NCBI GenBank assembly: GCA_963668355.1
Contig: OY764265.1
Location: forward strand, 2,858,493-2,922,492
Direction: 5' to 3'
DNA: 64,000 bases
DNA from: Bdellovibrionota bacterium
GTDB taxonomy: Bacteria > Bdellovibrionota_G > JALEGL01 > DATDPG01
Positions 50,026 through 57,561 of this stretch are shown here, piece after piece. The first letter of the stretch is position 1; each line of letters starts with the position of its first letter. Below the pieces are notes generated by a model that saw only the letters and a program-made list of their open reading frames with translations, ran no database searches and had not been told where the DNA came from. A program made the translations under genes and the position numbers.

Positions 50026-52295
50026 TTCAACACCTTGAACAGAACGTTTCAGATCTTCTTTTGAACTTCTCTTTCGAGAACTTTCAGCGCCACGCACTCT
50101 CCTTGTTTACCCATCAATATGAAACCATTGGGCTGTATCGCACCTTATGTCTTCGACAAGGTCGGACTCCCAAAAATGTGCAAAGATTCCAAGATGTCCC
50201 CCTCCTCTCCACTCACGCACATAAAAAACATCGGATTGCCTCTTTTCCAAAAGATCCACATGAAGTCGTTTTCTTGACGAGCGGAACGACTCGTACACAT
50301 GCGGGAAACCATTTCATGGGTTCCACGCGAACGTATGACCTTTCCTGCATTCAGTCTTTTGAACGTCTGACAGCGGGCTTTCCCAAAAATGGGAGATGCT
50401 TATCTTTGATTCCATCCTCCTTCGATCTTCCCCATTCCTCCTTGGCTCATATGACCCATGTGTTGGCCAAGCACCTCTCCACACATCCACTGATCCAAGG
50501 ATTTCGAAACGGATCCATTCAGCATGAAGAGGTCCTGGCAGAACTTCGCACATCAGAAGAAACTTCGACACCTCTCTTTTTGATGAGCACTACATCGGCT
50601 TTATGTGATTTTTTTGAGGAGCTTGAGCACAAACAGATTTCTTTTCATCTCCCAAAGGGAAGTTGTCTCTTCGAAACGGGAGGAAAGAAAGGCCGTCGAG
50701 GGTTACGACCTCCGAGTGAACGTGTGACTTGTTCCCAAACATTTTTGGGAATCCCACAGGAATTTCACTGGGCGGAATATGGAATGACTGAAATGAGTTC
50801 ACCTTCGTGGGGAACTTTCAAGAACGGTACATTCGTATATGCCTCTCCTCCTTGGGCACCTTGGCGCATCCTTCATCCAGAAACGCTACAGGAAGTAAGC
50901 GTGGGGGAGGAAGGCCTTCTTTCTTTTTTTGATTCGGCAAATATTTACTCGGTAGCAGCTTTGTGCGTAGGAGACTGGGCTCGCCACCACGGCGATCACT
51001 TCGAAGTCATCGACCGTGCCGTCGAATCTGAATTTCGAGGATGTTCTCAACTCACCCCACCCCCTCAAAATCTTTCTAGGCCATCCTCCTCCCTCCTCGA
51101 AAAAATAAACCAAGCGAAGAAAGAGTTACGAAGCTCCCACGATGTGAGTTTTAAGCAAGCTTGTGATGCCCTCGGGTCTCTGGCCAAACAATGGGCAAAT
51201 CCGGAATTTCCGTCTCGAATAAAATTCGAAAGCGAATTGAACGCTTCCAATTTTTTCTCCCCTGCCTCTGTCACAGCCGGATTGAATCGAACTTTCCGGG
51301 CACTTTTACCCGATCGGCTGTGGGATGCCGGAAAGAGGGCATGGCATTTTGGTCGTCCCGAAAAGGCGCCGGGACTTACCCTTCACATTCCTGCCGGGAA
51401 TCTTCCCGTTACGGGGGTTTTTTCGTTTTTTGCGACCGCACTGGCCAGTGCGCCAACCATCCACCGCCCCTCCCAAAGAGGCGGAAGACTCTTGCATTTC
51501 TTGCATGAAGATCTCCAAAAACTGGACCCCCTCGTCGCAGAGCGAATGAAGATTTTGGACACGCCCTCCACCCATCACAACCTGACACAGGAGTTACTCA
51601 AAGACGTTTCCATTTTGATGGTTCAAGGAGATCGCACAACCCTCGAAGGTTTCGAACAACTCGGACCCCATTCCATGAAATTTCTTCCCTATCGGCCCGC
51701 ATTCAGCTTGGGGATGATTCCTGAAACCCATGAAACGTCTGCTCCAGAAATGGATTCTTTTCTGCAAGACTTATTCATTTGGGAACAACAAGGATGCCTT
51801 TCGCCTCAGATCCTTTTTCTCATCGGTTTCTCGGAAACGCGGGCCCGTGATTTCATCCAACAGCTTCATCTAGTAGCCGAAGAGCGTGCCAGAGTTTGGA
51901 AACGCGTTCCACAAAATCGAAACTTGGCCACACTTCGTTGGCATTTGTTTGAGCGCGACTTAGATCCAGAGCAAAATGGAATCGTATCTACCACTGAAAA
52001 CTTAACCACCATCTACGGTGAAACCTGGAACAAAGACTGGTTCTCCACTCCCGGCCTTCTACAGGTGGTTCAAGCCAAATCCCTTGAAACGTTTCTGGAA
52101 AGTCTTTTGCCTTTCTCCGGAGAAATCAGTTCCATCGCTTTGCCCAAAGAATTCTTGGAGCAATCCCTCGTTGGAAAAATTCTTTCGACTTTGTCGCTTC
52201 AACGAATTACGGAAATGGGCACGTTGCAGGCTCCAGAATTTCGTTGGCCACAGGATTTCCATGACCGATTGCGTTCTCTTAGGCCCTCAGACTAA
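50022..52295 (+). CDS. Fusion of LuxE-like acyl-protein synthetase and LuxC-like acyl-CoA reductase
   Basis: N half: FLTSGTT, ETGGKKG, EYGMTE, RGCS (LuxE acylation Cys); C half: HIPAGNLP, QQGCLSPQ (LuxC catalytic Cys); GTG overlaps the upstream stop (GTGA). Confidence 0.85.
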   Translation: MIQHLEQNVSDLLLNFSFENFQRHALSLFTHQYETIGLYRTLCLRQGRTPKNVQRFQDVPLLSTHAHKKHRIASFPKDPHEVVFLTSGTTRTHAGNHFMGSTRTYDLSCIQSFERLTAGFPKNGRCLSLIPSSFDLPHSSLAHMTHVLAKHLSTHPLIQGFRNGSIQHEEVLAELRTSEETSTPLFLMSTTSALCDFFEELEHKQISFHLPKGSCLFETGGKKGRRGLRPPSERVTCSQTFLGIPQEFHWAEYGMTEMSSPSWGTFKNGTFVYASPPWAPWRILHPETLQEVSVGEEGLLSFFDSANIYSVAALCVGDWARHHGDHFEVIDRAVESEFRGCSQLTPPPQNLSRPSSSLLEKINQAKKELRSSHDVSFKQACDALGSLAKQWANPEFPSRIKFESELNASNFFSPASVTAGLNRTFRALLPDRLWDAGKRAWHFGRPEKAPGLTLHIPAGNLPVTGVFSFFATALASAPTIHRPSQRGGRLLHFLHEDLQKLDPLVAERMKILDTPSTHHNLTQELLKDVSILMVQGDRTTLEGFEQLGPHSMKFLPYRPAFSLGMIPETHETSAPEMDSFLQDLFIWEQQGCLSPQILFLIGFSETRARDFIQQLHLVAEERARVWKRVPQNRNLATLRWHLFERDLDPEQNGIVSTTENLTTIYGETWNKDWFSTPGLLQVVQAKSLETFLESLLPFSGEISSIALPKEFLEQSLVGKILSTLSLQRITEMGTLQAPEFRWPQDFHDRLRSLRPSD

Positions 52296-52317
52296 AAAAA
52301 AACAGTCGAGGCCATTT

Positions 52318-53223
52318 CTATTTTTTCTTCAATTCGATTTCGGCAAGCGCACTCAGCTTGAGAACGGCGTTTACATAGTCGTTGGAGTGATTGTAACGAT
52401 AGACGGCTCTTTTTTTTCGAGACCAACTCGCGCCTTTCTTCCACCCCATTCGATTTAGATATCTCGCAATGAGTTCGATGGTGTCATCCCAATCCCAAAA
52501 ATCCATTTTTGAAATTTTTTGACCTCTTGAAAGCGTTTCCAGGGCCGTGAGCGGCATAAACTGTCCCAGACCAAATGCCCCAGCCCAAGAACCTTTTACC
52601 TCATTGGCCTTCCACTCCAAGTGATGTGCCAATTTCAAGAAAGCTCTCAACTCTTTAAACCATCTTTTTCCCAGCTTCTTTGCTCGCTTTTCCCAGTCAA
52701 CACGCTCCCTACCTTCCAGCTTTCGTTCTTCAGCCACCTTCCCTATCCGAGAAGCCACGCCGTGCCCAAAACTGGGAACTTGCAAGGCCGAGATACTCGC
52801 CAAGGTATCCAACACACGATACTTACCAAAATGTTTTCCATAGGCCGTTTCCACCCACATAATGGCTGCAATCACAGACTGTGCGACTCCAAATTTCACC
52901 TCTACATCATGAAAACGATTCGCATGTTTTCGAATGAACTTAGCCGTTCTCTGAACTCCCCGACGATCATAAAAATGTGTGTAATCTCCGGGTACCCAGA
53001 CGATGTTCAACATCTTGCTTTGCACCACACCGTCCAAATACCTCATTTTTTGAATGTCAAACGGCTTGAGTTCTTCATCCGTCAAACCCGATTTCTTGAG
53101 TTCAAAATGCAAAAACTGAAAAGCTTCAGGCCAGCGATCTTCCGCTTCAAGATTTCCCTCCGCATAAACTGCAGGCAAGAAAAAGCTCAGAAGCAAACAC
53201 AATCGGACGACAAAGAAAATCAT
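52318..53223 (-). CDS. Lytic murein transglycosylase (MltB/SLT_2 family)
   Basis: AAIMWVETAYG, GSWAGAFGLGQFMP, YNHS..YV. Confidence 0.92.
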   Translation of the reverse strand: MIFFVVRLCLLLSFFLPAVYAEGNLEAEDRWPEAFQFLHFELKKSGLTDEELKPFDIQKMRYLDGVVQSKMLNIVWVPGDYTHFYDRRGVQRTAKFIRKHANRFHDVEVKFGVAQSVIAAIMWVETAYGKHFGKYRVLDTLASISALQVPSFGHGVASRIGKVAEERKLEGRERVDWEKRAKKLGKRWFKELRAFLKLAHHLEWKANEVKGSWAGAFGLGQFMPLTALETLSRGQKISKMDFWDWDDTIELIARYLNRMGWKKGASWSRKKRAVYRYNHSNDYVNAVLKLSALAEIELKKK

Positions 53224-53577
53224 TCAGGAAGAAAAAGACAGCTTGGGCAGGGGAGGCAAAACACCCTCTGGATTTTGTTTCATGGTTTCAAAAAGAGATT
53301 TGGCTTCTTTCATAAAAGATTTCAAATCGATTCCAAAATGCTGATCTCCATACGATTCCAATAAGTCGAGGCTTTTCTCAAAATTGGACTGCGCTCCTTT
53401 TAAGTTATTTTCTTGAAGATGATACAAACTCACAGCAAGTTGAGTCAGTCCCCCAAAAAAATTTTTATTTTCGCCTCCGGTCTCCAACCAAACTTCGCTC
53501 AGCGTACTTTGGGCGGACATATACTTGCCTTGATTGAAATATTCGATGAACAATAAATAACGATCTGGATAATTCAT
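53224..53577 (-). CDS. DUF309 domain protein
   Basis: FNQGKY..A...LSEVW..FFGGL.QLAV..YH...N..GA. Confidence 0.85.
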   Translation of the reverse strand: MNYPDRYLLFIEYFNQGKYMSAQSTLSEVWLETGGENKNFFGGLTQLAVSLYHLQENNLKGAQSNFEKSLDLLESYGDQHFGIDLKSFMKEAKSLFETMKQNPEGVLPPLPKLSFSS

Positions 53578-53606
53578 ATTCGGGGTGCTTTCTTTGCACC
53601 CCGAAT
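53578..53606. terminator. 11-bp hairpin downstream of the repeat lipoprotein gene (possible terminator or processing site)
   Basis: ATTCGGGGTGC-N7-GCACCCCGAAT; no clear U-tract; abuts the ATG of the DUF309 gene. Confidence 0.45.
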
Positions 53607-53616
53607 TGTATCAGAA

Positions 53617-54204
53617 CTACAGGAGGTCGGTCACATCGATGTGAGAAAGAAGCTCACCTTCCACCATCGGTGTGAGGGTCATTTCTTGAAATGTTTCTAA
53701 ATCTTCGGCAGCCAAGAAGAACGTGAAGGTGCTTTCAGAAGCATCTATTGAAAGGCTGTATGAGGCTCCACCCAATTCCACGAGAAGAGCGTCAATATTG
53801 GCGGTGGAGCCGGAAACTTGCAGGACGTAATTGTCACAAGAGAGATCTTCCTGAGCAAACATCATGGGCTTGGTTCCGCCGATGGGGTCACCCTTCGTTC
53901 GACTGCTCGCTGCAAAAACAAAGGAATTCATTGGATACGTTCCGCCGATTGGATCTCCCTTCGTACGGCTGCTTGCAGCATACACGGAAGATTTCATCGG
54001 AGAAGTTCCACCAATCGGGTCACCCGGAATTCGGGTTCGAGCGGCATAAAGGTCAGCACAACTGGAGGCCACCAGAGGATCAAATACGCGCACGGAAATT
54101 TGATCTCCTCCCTCGCTAGGAGCCTGACCACATCCAACCGCTAGGAGACAAAGGCCTAGGGTCGAGAGAGCCAGTTGGAAGATTTTTTTATCCGTGAACA
54201 TCAT
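53617..54204 (-). CDS. Lipoprotein with three 22-aa GDPIGGTxPM repeats
   Basis: Lipobox LAVGC; repeats YAARTRIPGDPIGGTSPMKSSV, YAASSRTKGDPIGGTYPMNSFV, FAASSRTKGDPIGGTKPMMFAQ; start 54204 preferred (54210 and 54201 possible). Confidence 0.85.
   Translation of the reverse strand: MMFTDKKIFQLALSTLGLCLLAVGCGQAPSEGGDQISVRVFDPLVASSCADLYAARTRIPGDPIGGTSPMKSSVYAASSRTKGDPIGGTYPMNSFVFAASSRTKGDPIGGTKPMMFAQEDLSCDNYVLQVSGSTANIDALLVELGGASYSLSIDASESTFTFFLAAEDLETFQEMTLTPMVEGELLSHIDVTDLL
53851..54048 (-). repeat. Three in-frame 66-bp imperfect tandem repeats
   Basis: GDPIGG-coding blocks recur at about 53874, 53940 and 54006 (66-bp period). Confidence 0.92.
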
Positions 54205-54215
54205 GCTCATGGATA

Positions 54216-54233
54216 CTGCGAGGCTTGTGCCAA
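54216..54233 (-). promoter_or_regulatory. Sigma-54-type promoter of the repeat lipoprotein gene
   Basis: Minus strand TTGGCACAAGCCTCGCAG: GG at 54231-30 and GC at 54219-18, exact -24/-12 spacing. Confidence 0.65.
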
Positions 54234-54423
54234 AGTTCCAACCCCCTCAAACCCCACCTATGTCTTTGTTTTTATTATGTTTTTACAAACTTAGGCTTTA
54301 AAAAAGGTGCCGAAATCATGCGCTTCCGTAACTGGGCTTCCCCTTAGAAAAACAGAACCGGTTACACAAACGCAACCCTTTGTTTTCCGGGCGGGATCGA
54401 TATAAGCTCCCATGCGCTAACTC

Positions 54424-57400
54424 ATGATGGAACAACGACGCATCATCGCTTTGGGTGTTGAGGGCCCTCCTCTCCCTGAGTCTTCCTCTAGCTTGGTCTG
54501 GCAAAGTTACGGACAAAGTCGAGGAACCGCGTTTTTGGGGCTTCATCAACGCCAAGAAAACGATGCGGAGCAAGCCCTTTCGCTGGCTTGCCAAGTTACG
54601 GCCCCCAATCGTCGAATCGTCGTAAAGGAACTCTCCGTCTCCTTTTCCAAGGGACAACCTACTTTGGATTGGCACGAAGCCTTCGGAAAAGAAATGGCCC
54701 TCATGGAAGCCGGAGAAACCCTGGTAGATCCAGAATTGGCCAAAGTTTATGACCGTCTTTTTCTTTTTGAAGAAATTGAAGAAGACGGATTGGAACTCTT
54801 TTTTCTACGTGGGCCTCGTAGACGTCCCACTCGACTTCGAGGACTCAAGCCCCAACATGCTCCGTTGGTGGGACGAAATGATGAAATGGAGCGCCTTAAA
54901 GAGCTTTTGGAACAAATCGCCGTCGATCAAGGACAAATCGCCGGAATCGTGGGACCCGCTGGAATTGGAAAAACCCGACTTCTCAATTCCCTGAAGGAAG
55001 AACTCACCAAACAATCCATTCCCTTTGCCGAAGGGCACTTCCCTCTCTCCCACTCCAATCCGTATGAAGGGTTTCGACAAGTGGTGGTTCAGATCGCAGG
55101 AGAAAGCATCGGAACACTTACGCGATGGGAGATGACCGATGCCGAATCCGATTACCTCCGCCTTTTTTTGAATCCCGGAATTGAAATTCCACGTCTGGCT
55201 CCGCTGAATGACGAAGACATCAAACAGGGATTGTTTTTTTCGGTCCGAAAACTCATCCAACAAATTGGCCGGAATCCGTTCGTTGTGATTCTGGACGATC
55301 TCCATTGGGCAGACCCCTCCTCCCTTGAACTGCTTGAATACTTAATGGAAGATCTGGAATCTCATCGCCTGCTCTTTGTCCTGGTTCACCGAGACGAACT
55401 TGAGAAAAAATGGGATCGTCGTCTGAATTACAACGAAATTGCGCTTCCCCCCTTCCCAACAAACGAGGTCGAACATTTCATCAAAGTTATTTTGGGTGCG
55501 GATCGTGTCGCAACCAAAGTTCGCGATAAATTGGATGCGCTCTCCTTAGGAAACCCTCTCTTCATTGAAGAACTGGTTCGTCAAATGATTGACCGAGAGG
55601 TTCTTGAAATTGAAACCGATGATGAGGGGAAAAAACTGGTTCGCTTAAAAAAAGAAGGGGACTTAAGCATTCCCACAACCCTTCACGCACTCATCGCATC
55701 CCGCTTTGACAATTTAGATAGTGACCCCAAAGAAATTTTAAGATGGGCCATGCTCTTGGGCACGCGATTTGAAGCCCAGGAACTCGAAACATTGCTACAA
55801 AGTATGGGCATGCAAGAGATCGAAAAACACATCGCCACGCTTTTTGACGAAGGCTACTTGGCCGAACAAAGCGTATTTCCCAAGCGCATCACTCGATTTA
55901 CGCATGATCTCATTTTTGAAACCGTTCGAGAATCCTTGAACGAAAAAGAGATTCGAAAACGAAACGTTCAAATCGGAGACTTCTTGGCTTTTCATTATCG
56001 AAATCAAGAACGGGAAGTCATTGATCGAATTGCCGAACATTTCTTATACGGGAACAACGACATCAAAGCGATTCATGCATCGTTGGCTGCCGGACGAGCC
56101 ATGGCACAAACCCACCAATTTCATCGAGCCTTATACTTTCACAGGGAAGCTGCCAAACGGTGGGAAGAACTCCCCATGGTTTCTCCTCAAGCCCATGAAA
56201 TTCTCGCTCCCTTAATCGGCCTACTCTTGACCGTGGGTGAGTTGGGAGAAACCGAATCTGCCTTGGAACAATGGAAATATCGCGGGGTAACGAAATTTCC
56301 GTGGACGGAAGGTGTTTTTTACCAACGCCTCATGGAATTCGAATTACATCGAGCCAATTATAACGAAGCATTGGAAGCCTCCGAAAGAGCGCTTGAATCT
56401 TTCGGCTCCGATCCTCGCTGGGAAAATGAACGTTATGAAATGATGCATGATCGCGTCAACACACTTCACAACGTGGGAAAACGAAACCAAGCCATACACG
56501 AAGGATATAAAACACTCAGAGAACTCAACGATCAGAGAGCCCCTTTAACCCGAATGCGCCTTTGGGCGATTCTGGGTACGGCGATTGCGGTCAGCGGAAA
56601 TGTCGACGTCGGATTGGATTGTTTGGAGAAAGCCCAAAATCTTCTCACGCCAGAAGTTCCCGTTCCTTTGCAAATTGAAATTTGGATGCGAACCGCCTTT
56701 CTCTACGACCATATGGGGGACCACGAGAATTCCATCAAGGCTTACACCCGTGCCATTGATATGGCCCGAGAAGCCGGGATGAAGAGAAAGCTCACGCACT
56801 CGTATACAAACCGAGGAATCGAAGCGGAAGAAGCCGGAAATTACATTCTCGCGCTGAGCGACTATCACGCCTCCATCGAAGAAGCCCGCCAAATACAAGA
56901 CACGGCCACCGAAGTGCGATCGCATTTAGGAATTGCTGACACTCTGGCAGACATGGGAGCTACAAAGGAGTGCGAGGCCAAATGGTCTGAAACGCAACCC
57001 TTGGTCGAAAGGGAAAAAGACGCCTACCTCCATGCCGTCAATCAATCCGTTCTCTCAACCATTTACGAACTCAAAGGAGACATCGAAAAATCCATCGAAC
57101 ACACGAAAATTGCCCACGAACATTACCAAGCCGCAGGACTCACACATGGACAAAATCGAGTGAAGTTGCGATTGATTCGAAGACATGCTCTGTTAAACAA
57201 ACCCGATGTGGCCTTCTTGGCTTCCGAGTTCAAAGATCTTCTTTCTAAAATTTCCCTTCACCAATGGCCAACCTGGCGATTCCAATTGAAGTCTGCCGCT
57301 CTTCTTTTGGCTTCCAAAGGGGTAGAAATCCAAGAGTTGGATAAAGCGATTGATCCAAAAACATGTCCGGTCGCCTGGCTTCGACAAGAACTTTATGTTT

Positions 57401-57552
57401 CCAAAATCTCGTGGCTGCTTTCTGCAGGAGAGACCGAACAAGCCAACCAGCTACGAAAAGAATACCGAGAAGAAATGGACCGCCTGGCCGAAAAAGTCCC
57501 TCCCGAACACCGACGCGCCTTCCACAACCACCCCCTCTACAAAACCCCCTAA
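54424..57552 (+). CDS. AAA/STAND NTPase + TPR protein with a degenerate N-terminal class III cyclase-like domain
   Basis: APLVGR, Walker A GPAGIGKT, Walker B VILDDLHWAD, GNPLFIEE, FTHDL, TPR-like helical C-terminus; N-terminus retains only cyclase remnants. Confidence 0.88.
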   Translation: MMEQRRIIALGVEGPPLPESSSSLVWQSYGQSRGTAFLGLHQRQENDAEQALSLACQVTAPNRRIVVKELSVSFSKGQPTLDWHEAFGKEMALMEAGETLVDPELAKVYDRLFLFEEIEEDGLELFFLRGPRRRPTRLRGLKPQHAPLVGRNDEMERLKELLEQIAVDQGQIAGIVGPAGIGKTRLLNSLKEELTKQSIPFAEGHFPLSHSNPYEGFRQVVVQIAGESIGTLTRWEMTDAESDYLRLFLNPGIEIPRLAPLNDEDIKQGLFFSVRKLIQQIGRNPFVVILDDLHWADPSSLELLEYLMEDLESHRLLFVLVHRDELEKKWDRRLNYNEIALPPFPTNEVEHFIKVILGADRVATKVRDKLDALSLGNPLFIEELVRQMIDREVLEIETDDEGKKLVRLKKEGDLSIPTTLHALIASRFDNLDSDPKEILRWAMLLGTRFEAQELETLLQSMGMQEIEKHIATLFDEGYLAEQSVFPKRITRFTHDLIFETVRESLNEKEIRKRNVQIGDFLAFHYRNQEREVIDRIAEHFLYGNNDIKAIHASLAAGRAMAQTHQFHRALYFHREAAKRWEELPMVSPQAHEILAPLIGLLLTVGELGETESALEQWKYRGVTKFPWTEGVFYQRLMEFELHRANYNEALEASERALESFGSDPRWENERYEMMHDRVNTLHNVGKRNQAIHEGYKTLRELNDQRAPLTRMRLWAILGTAIAVSGNVDVGLDCLEKAQNLLTPEVPVPLQIEIWMRTAFLYDHMGDHENSIKAYTRAIDMAREAGMKRKLTHSYTNRGIEAEEAGNYILALSDYHASIEEARQIQDTATEVRSHLGIADTLADMGATKECEAKWSETQPLVEREKDAYLHAVNQSVLSTIYELKGDIEKSIEHTKIAHEHYQAAGLTHGQNRVKLRLIRRHALLNKPDVAFLASEFKDLLSKISLHQWPTWRFQLKSAALLLASKGVEIQELDKAIDPKTCPVAWLRQELYVSKISWLLSAGETEQANQLRKEYREEMDRLAEKVPPEHRRAFHNHPLYKTP

Positions 57553-57561
57553 ATCCAAGGG

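Noticed and set aside
50022..52295. Bioluminescence (lux) operon
   Set aside because: No luxA, luxB, luxD or luxG in the window; the coupled gene is an aminotransferase.
53851..54048. CRISPR array or DNA-level VNTR
   Set aside because: The repeats are in frame, diverge at synonymous positions, have no repeat-spacer structure and no cas genes are nearby.
53617..54204. Assignment to a known RiPP class such as graspetide or lasso peptide
   Set aside because: No ATP-grasp, cyclase or other maturase is adjacent and the core fits no consensus I know; the radical SAM gene at 62.7 kb is 8 kb away in another context.
53617..57552. NLR-associated amyloid signalling (BASS-type) pair
   Set aside because: The STAND N-terminus does not share the GDPIGGT motif, the motif contains prolines, and the partner is an exported lipoprotein.
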